Assembly: GCF_006345805.1 (NCBI RefSeq)
Contig: NC_043011.1
Location: forward strand, 36,716,464 to 36,780,463
From: Octopus sinensis
Lineage: Eukaryota
Length of the DNA stretch: 64,000 nt
Reading direction: 5' to 3'
Under the pieces are notes generated by a model. It worked only from the letters and a program-made list of their open reading frames with translations, was not told where the DNA came from and did no database searches. Below are positions 1-13,344 of the stretch, piece by piece; the stretch's first letter is position 1; each line of letters starts with the position of its first letter. The translations under genes and the position numbers were made by a program.

Positions 1-18
1 TTTAAATATCGATCTTAT

Positions 19-21
<3 letters not shown>

Positions 22-98
<77 letters not shown>
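22..98. repeat. (TA)n microsatellite
   Basis: Near-perfect TA dinucleotide run, followed by TG and TATG runs. Confidence 0.95.
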
Positions 99-111
<13 letters not shown>

Positions 112-565
112 GTGTGTGTGTATTATTCAAAGAAATTCCAGCTCTGTTTTTATGTTTTATTTATATACTTTATATATATATATGTATGTATGTATGCATG
201 TATATGCATATATATGTACGTATGTATGTATGTACGTTGTGTTTTAGCATAAATGGGTGTATAATAGTATTTAAAGTTTCCGCGCACTCGGATGTGCCTG
301 GGTAGCAAAATTCTCATTATAGAGGATGTATGTGATGATTAATCATTGGACCATGAATAACGGCATTGAACTTCAGAGTGCATGTGTTTCTGCGCTGTTG
401 TGCTCCATTAACTTCGCTCACCGAATCCGCCGCAAATCTCGTTCAAGGTAGATTAAACTAGACGTACGCAAAACAGGTTTGATTGAAATATTTGTGTGCA
501 GAATTATATTTAACGCGTCATGTATATATATATGTATATATATATATATATATGTGTATGTGTGC

Positions 566-618
<53 letters not shown>

Positions 619-630
619 GTGTGTATGTGT

Positions 631-912
631 GTGGAGGCACATGGTCTAGCGGTTTGAGCAGCGGACACGCGGTCGAGGGATCGCGGGTTCAAATCTCAGA
701 CCGGGTGATGGTGTGTGTGTTTATGAGCGAAACAACTTAGCTCCACGAGGCTCCAGCAGAAGGTAATGGTGAACTTCTGCTGACTCTTTCGCCACAACTT
801 CAATCTTTCCTCCTGAATCTTGCAGCTCACCTGCGACGGACCGGCGTCCCGTCGAGGTGGGGAACCTATACGCTAAGGAAACCGGCCTTTATGAGCCAGG
901 CATTAGGAACAA
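631..912 (+). mobile_element. tRNA-derived SINE (family D) with Meta-domain-like core
   Basis: A-box-like TGGTCTAGCGG and B-box-like GGTTCAAATC. The 5' half is homologous to 16683-16960. The 3' part contains CCTGCGACGGACCGGCGTCCCGTC...GGAAACCGG. Confidence 0.8.
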
Positions 913-927
913 AAAATATATATGCAC

Positions 928-985
<58 letters not shown>

Positions 986-994
986 AATTACGTC

Positions 995-1245
995 GCCTAG
1001 TTGTTAACATGTTGCACTCAAGGTCTCTAGGTTGTGAGTTGCGTTTTTGAGCAAATCACCTCCTTTGAAGTTGGTCCAATCCACTCATCTGTTAGTGGGT
1101 AACCCTGCGACAGACCAGCTTTCCATTCAGAGGGAATGTTAACCTCCACGCCAAGCTAGCGGGGATATCATCTTTCGAAAGCTAAAGCAATGCAAAGCAC
1201 ATCGTGACAACATTCTAAAGCCTGGTCGATCATGTGATCACATTA
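995..1245 (+). mobile_element. Degenerate SINE, family D-related
   Basis: Contains GGGTAACCCTGCGACAGACCAG and a 3' tail (GAAAGCTAAAGCAATGC...GGTCGATCATGTGATCAC) similar to 46677-46792. Confidence 0.55.
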
Positions 1246-2242
1246 CATCCCCCCCCCACACACACAAACACACACACATATGTAAGATTCAGTTGAATTA
1301 GCTACTTAAGTCGTTGCACCACATTAGATCGGAATAATATACACACGCAACAATATTAAGTAAATATCAACTTTGGTACAGAAGTACCGCGACAGAATGA
1401 TATTCCTGTATTACTTGCAGTCAATTTGACCCATCTAAGTATATAATCCGCTCTTGAGCTATTCGGACATGTATATTTTATGAAATATACCGTCCATAAT
1501 ATACTCCAGAAGTTGTGAACGGCAAGCTCCGAGATAGGTGAATAAAATGCAAATAATGAATTGACACCTGTCCTTCAATTGTTACTTATTTATACATATA
1601 TGTACATGTGTGTGTGTGGGTGGTAGATATGAATGTATAAATGCATGTATGAATGTATGTATGTATGTATGTATGTATGTATGTATGTATGTATGTATGT
1701 ATGCATGCATATATGTATGTATGTATTTATACACATGTGAATCTACAACAGTTTTTGTAGATTTATTTTCTGTATATTAATCCCATTTCGAAATACCTGT
1801 TGTCTAGTTAACGTATTGCCCTCTTAAATAATTTATATGGACACCCTATCAGAAGAGAATCCTGGTTTTTATTTTACAGCTTATTTGTTTGTTTATGTAT
1901 ATTTTCTCGATGTTCGATGTATTTTGTGTTTTAAAACTTGCTTCTGTTTGTATTGACGTGAATAAAAATGGCCGTTTGTAAAACCGATTAGCAAACCTTG
2001 AATAATACATCTCCTCAGCTCTCTCTCTCTCCCTCTCCCACTCCCTCTCCCTCTGGGCGTTTTGAATGAATGTGTCTTTCAGTAATCTGCGCTGTAATCA
2101 AGCTTTCATTTTTTTTCATAGATTGACAATTTCGTATGGTTACTCTCATGGTAAATTGTATTTAGAAGAGGCATGAGAGTCACAACTCATCTATTTTTTT
2201 TTTGTTAAATGTTAATAGAAATAGTCGGTTATTCAGACAACA

Positions 2243-2350
2243 CATACATACAAACATACACATGTATACATACATACATACAAAAATACATACATACATA
2301 CATACATACATACATACATACATACATACATACATGCATACATACATACA
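2243..2350. repeat. (CATA)n microsatellite
   Basis: Tetranucleotide run. Confidence 0.95.
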
Positions 2351-2570
2351 TCGTTTCTCTACCCCTCTGTCCGGCATTCGCCATGTAGCTCGCTATCCAC
2401 TAAACCTTTTTCTATTTACTCCCCCTGTTTATTTCTGTGTTGCTTTCTGTCGAAGAGCGTAGGCTCGAAACGTAAAAGACTTTCTCACTTCCCGAGCGTT
2501 AAAATTATACATCCGTTTGCTGTTTATACACCCGTCTTCGTCTTTTGTGTTTATTTGTAAATTCTCACTA
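2351..2570 (+). mobile_element. PLE pLTR/retrozyme-like repeat carrying a hammerhead motif
   Basis: A homologous copy lies on the minus strand at ~38655-38850. Contains the hammerhead motif at 2443-2478. Confidence 0.6.
2443..2478 (+). ncRNA. Minimal type I hammerhead-like motif (A6U variant)
   Basis: CTTT-CTGTCGA-A-GAGC-GTAG-GCTC-GAAA-C-GTA-AAAG: helix I CUUU/AAAG, helix II GAGC/GCUC, palindromic ACGU helix III, GUA triplet. Confidence 0.55.
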
Positions 2571-2658
2571 CATACATACATGCAGGCATTCGTCTATATA
2601 TATATATGCATTAAATAGATTTTCTCATATCTGTTTGTTTATCTATCTCTCTATCTAC

Positions 2659-2690
<32 letters not shown>

Positions 2691-4045
2691 CTTCCTGTCA
2701 GTCTCTGTATGTGTGTATATGTGTGTCTATGTATGCGTTTGTATATATTCGTGTGTGTTTGTGTGTGTGTTTATGTATGTGTGTGCTATGCCGCTTTTAT
2801 TACTTAAATGACACCAAAAAGATGTGGATATTTGATGCTTGTGTATGCAAGCGTATATGTATATATTTTTAATTATAGATAAGTGGATATCGTTATACAC
2901 ACTCGTAGAGATACGCACACATACACACTCGCACGCACCCACCCACACATAGACACGCAAACATCACTAAGATAATGAATCCATTGAGCTCGATTTGATT
3001 CCTTGAATAATACGTCTCGTCAGCTCTCTCTCTCTCTCTCTCTCTTTCTCAACATTTTGTATGAATGTGATTTTATATGTGTATATATATATATATATAT
3101 ATACAGGTATGTACGCGTATATACATGTTTGGTTCTATTCGTGAATATCTGTTTTCATATATGAGTGGGTGTATATAAGCGTGTAAGCATATAAGTGTGC
3201 AAATGTTTGTGTTCGTCTCTAGAAGCTCTCAAACACACAAGAAATATAAATCGATAGAAGAGTACTGATATACAAGAGAGCAACGATTCTAAATGACTAT
3301 GCCAGCCATACAAAATATTAAATGAACAAGCAGGCTCGCAATTGTTAGAAATCTATAAGACATCTATTAGCTAAATCATTTGCATTAATAGTAAAACCTC
3401 AATACTTTCCCAACAAGTTTACAGTGGCTGATCGCTGTTCACTCCCATTTAAAAGTTTTCTGCTACTTGAGCAGAGCATAAATCTTTTACATCAGTCAAC
3501 AGAATTGACAAATCCCCTGATAGATTGGAACACACTCCAATATCCATTTTGGAAAATACACTAAGGAAATCTTACAGACAGATTTAATCAGAACAATCTG
3601 ACAGCTATCACTTTCATAGATAAGTTCTTTCCTTCTATCGCTTCACTTTATACATCAAGTTCTCGATAAAATAGGGAGACATTTGTCTGATGTGTTTGCT
3701 TTAAGGGACAACTGCTGTCTCATCAAGCTGTTCTCTTGTAGATGGAGCCGCCTAAATGTTAAATGGTCCAGCACCACCACCATCAACTGTTATAAAAAGA
3801 CAGCAATGCTAGTATTAGATTGATCAATTGAATCTTCAATTTGGCAAGTTTAACAATATAAAGGCGTTTATTTATTCTTTTTCCTTTTCTTTTCTTTTAT
3901 ATTTTTTTGATATCTTCCAAGACGTGATATCTTTATGCGTATTTTCTAATTTTTATATTTAAATTAACTTCTTTCTTCTCTTGTGAACTTGAAGTCATTT
4001 GTTAATATAAAAAATAGTTTATACTCTCAGGCATTCTCTATCTCA

Positions 4046-4394
<349 letters not shown>

Positions 4395-5356
4395 CTTTTA
4401 TTAGCCACAAGGGCTTACATTAATCAACATAACATTACATGACACAAACATAAACGGCAACACGAGACGATACAATGGGTTTTCGAATCGAGTAAACATT
4501 ATAAAAAAAAACAGGGGAAAGCGCTTTAAGGTCCTCGTGGAAAAACCCCACGAAAGCCACGGGTGCCTGATCAAAATGGCAAGAGCCTTTCTTCTTCCGT
4601 GCCTGTAAAGTTTATCTCGAATGGGCAACGCCCCTCGGTAGCACTGTCAGGCAAGGGATTTCTGGAAGTTATCCATAGGCCCAGGCCTGAAAGTTCTCCG
4701 AAACAGACCAGTTAGTTGATCCTCGTCACCGCCTGGAGTTTCTCCGAGAACGTCGTAGCACTTCGCCTCCATTAAACCTTTATAGAATGATGGAGGGGAA
4801 CTACCACCGACTGCATTGCCCGCCTGGCGAAGACCTGTTAGCTCTTGATGGCACTCATAGCTCTAAGCGCCCGCCTCAGTCTACGCCTAATCCAGGACTG
4901 CAGCTCAGTCACAGAGAAAAGCTGTGGAAAAGTGAGTCTTATAAGCGGTGACCACACCTGCTCACCGTCAAGGAAACGCCGGAGATGCCGTAGCCTGAGT
5001 GCATGTCTGCGTATCAGCAACCAAGGCATGCCCAGCCCTCCATTCACTGGCTGTTGACAGGAGATGAAGCGCCTGGCCAGTGGAAAGCGTCCATTCCACA
5101 GAAAGCGGATGAGTAAGTGCACCAGCTTAGTCAACCATCAAACGGGGCAAGGGACGACGGTCAAGAGGTAATAGATGACGAATGCGATGTACGTATTCTC
5201 CACCTCTGCTTATTTATGGGTGAGATTGTCTACCCTGGTCGTCACCTCGTCCCAGCTTTTCTCCACTTGGAAGTCTGGACCGAACCAGACGCCGAGAAAT
5301 TTAACCAGACTGTCTGTCCAGTGCCTCATGACGCAGTTGGCTCTTCAGGTTCCACT

Positions 5357-5947
5357 TCATGTGCCGCGTTGCAAGCCCACGTTAATATTTGTTCCTGTCA
5401 ACTCTTCATATTCTTTTAGTGTGTCGCCAATTAGATCTATATCCCTGTGGCTCGACACTATCGACACTATGACAGTGACACCGTCGGCGTAAGCAGACAC
5501 ACTTCTCCCATATACTAGATCGCGCAGGACACCCCTCAACCTGTCCAGATTCCGCAGTAATGACTCAAGAGTCACTTCATACAGAAGGGAGGAGAGAGGA
5601 ACTCCCTGAAGGACCGACCGCAAGATGCTGAATGGTTCCCACAGGTGACCATTCCACCCGAACAACCGGGCAGATGCCACTGTATTAAGCAACGATCCAA
5701 CTGCGGAAAACCGGACCGAAATCGGCTGCCCGGAGGACAGCCGCCAAGTATCGAAGGCTTTAGATTGACCAAAATTGATCAGAGCCCCACCCATGACAGC
5801 TTCGTTACCCACCCTCTCTATGATGTAGCGCATAAGGTGGAGGTTGTTGCGAATAGTTATGGTTGAGATGGCAGATGTTTGCGCCTCACCAACTAGCTTG
5901 GCCACGACAAGCGCCAACTTCTTGGCTAACACCTTGGCCAAAATCAA
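5357..5947 (-). pseudogene. Reverse transcriptase remnant (Tx1-type)
   Basis: Catalytic YADD reads YADG. A small deletion after SKAFD and a later compensating frameshift keep the reading frame artificially open. Confidence 0.88.
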
Positions 5948-6494
5948 CCTCGGTACTCGAACAGTCCTAGTTGTTTGGATCGGGAAGGGGTATTTTCTCT
6001 GGCTCTTGGATTTTTGGGGTTCATTTTTTACTGCTGCTTCTGCTGTTGTAGCTGTTGGTGATGGTGGTGGTACTCAAGCTGGTGGTAGTGGTACTCCGGC
6101 TGATGGTGGCTTTGTTTTTGGCGTTGGTAGCGTCTTGATTACGGCTGAAGGTGGTGTCGCAGTTGCTGTTGCTGCTGGTGATGATGGTGTTGGTGTTTGA
6201 GTGGTCACTGGTTTCTGTTGCTGTTGTTGTTTCTGCTGCACTGGAGCCCCCCCCCCGGTTCTGGTGTCGGTAGAAGGGCCGGTCGCCTTTCCTTCTTAGG
6301 GCAGTCGACACTGAGGTAGCCTTGGTCATCACAAAAATAGCAACTCGGCCTCCTGCCCTCCATAGGCACGTATAGTCTAGTGCCGTCAGGCAGGTTTATC
6401 GAGTGAGGGTTTGAACTTAAGGTCTCTTGTTCATTTTAAACGAGGAGCTCTTAGCTGTAGGCAAAAAGTGCATTGGGATGTTAGCCAAGTGTAT

Positions 6495-6760
6495 GTCTTC
6501 TAAACAATAGATAAGTGTTATAAACATGAACCAGAGGCTGTGACAGAAAATGAGAATCTAAAGATTTTGTGGAATATCCCTGTAAAGACTGACCATATTG
6601 AAGCAAGAAAACCGGATGTAATCATAGGGGACAAAATAAACAAACATATATTTTGCAACACTCTATGATAGAAGAGTCAATATCAAACATATCGGTAAGA
6701 TTGAGGAATATCACAATCTTCTGAGAGAACTGAGATTCTCGGTGGAATTTCAACAAAGAA
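6495..6760 (+). mobile_element. Dong/R4-like RLE-domain fragment
   Basis: Translates to KCYKHEPEAVTENENLKILWNIPVKTDHIEARKPDVII...DRRVNIKHIGKIEEYHNLLRELR with frameshifts. This is a PD-(D/E)xK restriction-like endonuclease of R4/Dong-type elements. Confidence 0.75.
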
Positions 6761-7360
6761 TATAGAATCGAAACATAGAATCGCAACGCATTTTGCCTCA
6801 AATCTGTGATGATTTTGCCACGTCTTTCAACGTCTCCAATTCTGCCACAAAACCAGTAATTTTGAGGGTAAGGAATTAAGGGATGCCTTTGACCTCTAGT
6901 ACTTTGATGGTACTTTATTTTATCGACCCTGAAAAGATGAAAAGGGAAGCTTATGTAACTGAATAAAAGTCATATACGCACGCTTTGCTCACGCTTCTGT
7001 TAACAGAGTGTATATAGATTGCAAGAATGTGAAAAAGAGGGAAAAAATAGCTAGAGGAAATACAAGGATGATGGAGAAATAACGGAAATTCCACTCCGCT
7101 ACATCATTACAAATGGAATCATTATTTCGCTGCTTCAGGGTCTGAAGAAAAAGTAATTAACAACAAATTAAAGTTTACTGCCACCGTCTTACCTGTCTGA
7201 GGCATCGACCGCAATAACAAAAACAAGTCTAATGTGATCTGTAGTAATAATTTCATCATTATCTTCAGCAACAACAATAAGCAAAGTAAGAATGGCAATG
7301 ACACCCGTAACAACACTATCCTCGTTATTGCCAGAAGCTGAGCTTGAATTGTGCGCATGC

Positions 7361-7549
7361 GTGACTGTGTGGGAAGGAGTTTGCTTCCTAACCACATGGT
7401 CCTGGGTTCAGTCCCACTGTGTTGCACAAGGCAAAGCGTCTCCTACTATAACTTTAGGCCAACGAAACCTTTACAGATGAATTTACATGTATACATGTAT
7501 GTATAATATATGTATGTCTATATACATACATATATATATATATATATTA

Positions 7550-7584
<35 letters not shown>

Positions 7585-7728
7585 CTATATATATATATAT
7601 TTCTACGTGTCTGTTTTTGTCCCTCCAGCATCGCTTGACAACAATCGACGTTGGTATGCTTATGTCCCCGTAAATTAGCAGTTCGGCAAAAGAGACCGAT
7701 ATACTAAGTACCAGGCTTACAAAGAATA
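7361..7728 (+). mobile_element. tRNA-derived SINE family A with internal (TA)n
   Basis: Homologous to the 29608-30011 copy. Has the B-box GGTTCAGTCC, a central microsatellite and the 3' block CATCGCTTGACAAC...GGCTTACAAAGAATA. Confidence 0.85.
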
Positions 7729-7807
7729 TTAAACGATACAGGATAAATGACATCAAATGATATCTGAGATCATTGACCCCGCAGTTAATATTATCAGTAG
7801 CGATGTC

Positions 7808-8232
7808 GGCGAACTGATGAAACGTTAGCACGCTGGGCAAAAGGCTTTGTGGCATTTCGCCCGCTGCTGCTTTCTGAGTTCAAATTCCGCCGAGGTCGAC
7901 TTTGTTTGTCATCCTTTCGGGGTCGATAAATTAAGTACCAGTTACGCACTGGGGTCGATGTAATCGACTTAATCCCTTTGTTTGTCCCCTATATTCTCGC
8001 CCCCCTGTGGGCAATAAAGAAATAAATATTATCAGTAACAATTGTGAGAAGCTAGCAGAATCGTTAGCACGCCGGGCAAAATTCTTAGCGGTAGTCCGTC
8101 TGCCTTTACGTTCTGACTTCAAATTCCACCGAGATCGACTTTGTCTCTCATCCTTTCTGGGTCGATAAATTAAGTACCAGTTGCGTACTGGGGTCGATCT
8201 AATCGACTGGTTTCCTCTCCCCCCCCCAAAAA
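7808..8232 (+). mobile_element. SINE family B dimer
   Basis: Two units with CGTTAGCACGCCGGGC...GA(G/C)TTCAAATTCC...GGGGTCGATAAATTAAGTACCAGTT. Confidence 0.85.
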
Positions 8233-9094
8233 ATATTACGCAACAGTTATCAAGTGTTGCTAGCCAGATGTTCTTTAGAACTTGCCTTTTACAAGACGCT
8301 GTTTTTTTTTTATCAAGACGAAATATTTAAAGCTGTTCGTAAATATTCGGTGAGCCATTTTGTAACATCGACACGATTAAGATGATTCTACATATACTCT
8401 GTGGAGTTCTTGTGTACTTCAGATCAATACGCACCACAAAGACACATACACACATACACACATGCAATCCCATCCAAATAGTAGCTTTTTAAAAGCATTT
8501 ATCAAGACAGATGATACATCGCAATACAATACAATACATACATACACACAAATGTTGTGTGTGTGCGTGTGTGTCTATTATGAATGGAGTGGAATTTATA
8601 TGTATGGACACACACCATACACACACACGCAAATAAATGCTTATGTATGTATATGTGTATATATGTGTATGCACGCACACACATATACACATTCTCTCAC
8701 AATTTCCAAAATCTAAGCAATAAGAAATAAAATATATGTTATGAAGTTAAATAATGCCCCATAAAAAATTGTAAATATAATATTTACTAACTTTACTAAC
8801 TTTATAAGTAAAAGAAACTTTCACTTACATACATGGACATATGCGCCTGCATGTGCGTATGCACGTACAACCAGAGTTTCTGTAAATATACGTACACAAA
8901 CACACACTGATACATACATACATACACACATACATATATATATATATATGTATACATACATATATATGTATATTATTGTGTGTGTATGAGTGCATGTAAG
9001 AAATATGTGATTACATTTAGGGAAGCGTATGCGCACATATTCACATATTACGTATATTGTGCATACGTATGTGCCAGATGTATATTTGTGTCTG

Positions 9095-9135
<41 letters not shown>

Positions 9136-9266
9136 TATATATATATTATATATATATATATGTATATATATATATTTACGCATATACATATATGCATGTA
9201 TTATATGTATATATATGTCTGAGAGTGCGGGAGAGAAAGAGTGTGTGTATGTATGTAAACACACAG

Positions 9267-9305
<39 letters not shown>

Positions 9306-9326
9306 GTGTGTGTGTGTGTCTGTGTG

Positions 9327-9367
<41 letters not shown>

Positions 9368-9980
9368 TATATACACAGACACACACTTTCTGTATGTGTA
9401 TGCATACATCTCTAAGTGTATTTTCTACATTAAATATTTTAGTGTAGTAAATATTAAATTTGCTTTACTTTACAAGACATTATTCAACTTCTAAACACTA
9501 TGTATTATATTTCCCTCTGTTGTATTTCGTAATATTTTATTAGACACACGCAGTACTTTTTGTTTCAGCAGAAGATTCAATTTCATTACGAAATATTGCA
9601 TTAAATAGAATTTTTCCTGTTTTATTTGTTCCTCTATTCTTAATATTTTTCTCATTTCATTACCTATAAATTAGACGTTAGTTATTAAAGAGGAATCAGC
9701 TATCTCTGGTAAGTAATACAGGAAGATATTTCACATGAAATATAAGAAATATAAAGTAGAGCAGACATGCAAATAAATGGGAAAATATGTTTCTAACAAC
9801 AATGGAGAATATATTATGTATGCCTGAAAATATGATTGTTATTAAGTAAGTACATATGTATGTATGTATGTATACATGAATGTATGGTTACATGTATGTA
9901 CGTAAGTATGCATGTACGTACGTCTACGTATGTATATATGTGTATATGTACGCACGTACGTACGTATGTATGTAAGTATT

Positions 9981-10249
9981 CTTTTATCCTTGTATTTGTT
10001 TCAGTCATTTGACTGCGGCCATGCTGGAGCACCGACTTTTGTCGAGCAAATCGACCCCAGGACTTATTCTTTGGAAGCCTAGTACTTATTCTATCGGTGT
10101 CTTTTGCCAAACCGCTAGGTTAAGGTTACGTGGACGAAAACAGAAGAAATATCGCTTGTCAAACGAGTGGGGTGGACAAACATAGACCCCAAACACACAC
10201 ACGTACATACACACACATACACACACACATATTTATATTTATATACATG

Positions 10250-10286
<37 letters not shown>

Positions 10287-10444
10287 GACAGGTTTCTTTT
10301 AGTTTCCGTTTACCAAATCCATTCACAATGCTTTGGTCGACCCGAGTCCATCGTCGGTGACATTCACCCAAGGTGTCACACAGGGGAACTGGACCCGGAA
10401 CAATGTGGTTCGTGAGCAAGTTACTTATCACACAGGGACGCCTG
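9981..10444 (-). mobile_element. SINE family A
   Basis: Reverse complement of the family A consensus, including the internal (TA)/(CA) tract. Confidence 0.85.
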
Positions 10445-10499
10445 TGTATGTATGCATGTATGTACATATGTATGAAAGTATGTACCTTAATTTCTTATA

Positions 10500-10730
10500 T
10501 TCTACTTGTTTCTACTTATATTCTACTACACAGCGGCCATGGGGGGGGGCAATGCTTTGAAGAATTTTAATCGAACGAATTGAACCCAATACATAGTTTC
10601 TTGTTTTTTAATGACCAATTCTTATTCTATCGCACTCTTTCAGGTATTTACTACAATACGAACATTAAACCTACCAACACCGGTTGCTAAGCGGTGGCGA
10701 GGGGATAAATGCAGACGGAGAGACACACAA
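10500..10730 (-). mobile_element. Degenerate SINE family A 3' half
   Basis: Contains GCGGCCATG, CTTATTCTATCG and CCAACACCGGTTG blocks. Confidence 0.55.
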
Positions 10731-10746
10731 ATAGATATCTACATAC

Positions 10747-10799
<53 letters not shown>

Positions 10800-11960
10800 T
10801 ATATATAATTATGAGAAATAACCTCTATCATGTAATCCAATTGATAGGGAAAGATATCTATATTAAATCGTATAGAAAAAATTTAAATGTATCATAATGC
10901 ATATTATTCTAAAAATGACTAAATTAAATAAACATTAAATTGACTATGCGTGTTTCGTGTCTATATCTTTAAATAGATAATAATAAAATCAATAAAATTA
11001 AAATTAAAATTAAAATTAATTCGATTTAAGATTAATTCAATTTAAAAATATAGCCACACTTCAGGTCTAAAATAATAAAATTAATGTATGTATCTTAACG
11101 TATAATAATTAACAAATAAATATAGAAATGTACGTATTGTAATAATAAATAATCGAATAAAATGTAACAATATTAATGAAAAATAATATCATCACTTATC
11201 TTATTGAAGAATACCAGTTAACTAAAATTTTAAACGCTAAACTCAGAACCTAGCGTTGCTAAGAAATTTATCACGTGAAAACATGACGTAAATAACTATA
11301 GAATATGTAATAGAGATATATGTATTATATATTTTAGCGGTGAAAATCACAAGTAAACTAGATGTAATACACCATTTATTGGGAAAAATTCTAATTCTCA
11401 TTAATTTAAAATTAAAACATTATACGTAAAAACATAAAATAAACTAAATTTCGATAAATTAATATATATTTATAAATTTATTTATTTATTTCATAAACAC
11501 CTTAGTTTAATCTTATTCCAGTTACGTTCATACACTACATAATCTACGGCTAATTTATACTCATTATACTACTACAAATTATAACTACATAAATTAGTAA
11601 CATAAATCGGGGTTTATATATATACATAAATTAGCTAAACTTATTTTATAAGTAACAACTTATGTCTACATTTAATTTTTCTCTCATCTTGAAATTAAAC
11701 AATTTGTTATTATTAGATTGTAATATCTCCATAAATTTATTTGTACAAAGTAAACAAAAATTATTACCTATTTGATTTTACAAAATCTCCCAATTTAAAT
11801 TGTATTTAATTCCTTTAGATTTCAATTCCTATATATATTTGCTTAGGCCAGTAGTATTAATCAATGTTTTATTCTTAAATGAATGCATGTGTCGTGAAAT
11901 TTGATTTAGTATTGGTAAATAGAATTTTCCCTGTAAGTTTGGAGTTTTATATTCCCTACT

Positions 11961-11961
<1 letters not shown>

Positions 11962-12056
<95 letters not shown>

Positions 12057-12078
12057 GTAATAATAATAACAATAATAA
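11962..12078. repeat. (TAA)n microsatellite
   Basis: Direct reading. Confidence 0.95.
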
Positions 12079-12234
12079 TTATATATATATATATATTACG
12101 GAGATGTACTTGCATAGCAAGTGACCTGATCTGAGATCGTGTGCTGGAGCGAAAACAATTGCAGCGTGGAAGGTGTTTATAAGCCATTTAAGAAACACAC
12201 AAAAACTGTTAGGTTCACTTCAACATTTAAATTT

Positions 12235-12290
12235 AATTTTCCAAAATATTTTCGTCGCTTTGAGACTGCAACTTGTTCACTGACAAAATT
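12235..12290 (-). ncRNA. Minimal type I hammerhead motif with G3:C8 swap
   Basis: Minus strand AATTTTGTCA-GTGAACA-A-GTTGC-AGTCTCAAA-GCGAC-GAAA-A-TA-TTT-TGGAAAATT. Helix I has 9 bp with one bulge, helix II has 5 bp, and helix III is the palindrome AAUAUU. Confidence 0.65.
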
Positions 12291-12715
12291 CCGTGCTGCA
12301 TCTGAGAAAGTAACAGTTAGTTCATGATATATATATATACGTATGTGTGTATGTATGTATGCATGTATGCATGTATGTATGTAAATATGTATGTGTATGT
12401 ACGTATGTGTGTGTACATGTATGTGCGTCTGCATATGTATACATGCGTATGCATGCGTGCGTGCCTATACGTATGTATGTATGCATGTACATATGGACTT
12501 ATGTATGTACGTGAGTGAGTATTTAGGTAAGTGTGTAGACATGTTTGTGTGTGTGTAAATGTGTATGTACATGTGACGTATGTTTATGTACTGATATAAG
12601 TCTGTTAAAGTTGTATACATGACTGTTACTTTGTTGAAGGTTGTAGTATACACACACATAAACATAAATATACATATATATATATATATACATATATATA
12701 TATGTATATATATAG

Positions 12716-12762
<47 letters not shown>

Positions 12763-12941
12763 CGTTTGTTTCTCTCACCACTCTCTAACGGTGAATGGAT
12801 ACAAAGTCTTAGATACACATGTGCACATATCTTCTTACTTATACATATATGCAAGTACACACAATCATATAGACACTTATACACAGTCACAAATATACGT
12901 ATAATCTTAAAGTATACACATATATACGCTTATCCATGTCT

Positions 12942-13014
<73 letters not shown>

Positions 13015-13344
13015 GACGCTATTTTCAAGGACAAATGTTAAAATTCAAATTTGCTGTATTTTATTTTTTTGTTTTTTTTTACACGCATACATATACTATA
13101 CATACATATATCTACACATACTCATACGTACATGCATGCACATGCTCATACAGTTATATATAACTACATATATGTATTTTAGTATCATGCATTTCAACAT
13201 GTATGTATGGATTTCCACATGTAAATGAGAGAGAGAGGGGGGTCTATAGATGGGTACTCCCGAGTGGAATCTAGATGATACCCCATTCGGATTTACGGTT
13301 GAGTGTGTGTTTGTATTCTTGTATACAGACAGCTTCAGTTTGAA

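Noticed and set aside
322-450. 40-codon open frame MYVMINHW...RRKSRSR with possible splice sites
   Set aside because: It is short, has no recognisable homology and no partner exons were found. It may be an unclassified repeat.
5357-5947. 196-aa ORF as a functional reverse transcriptase
   Set aside because: YADD reads YADG, the middle section is out of frame between two compensating frameshifts, and the element is truncated.
7808-8232. CRISPR-like array from the recurring GGGGTCGAT repeats
   Set aside because: The spacers are homologous SINE body sequence, there are no cas genes, and the context is eukaryotic.
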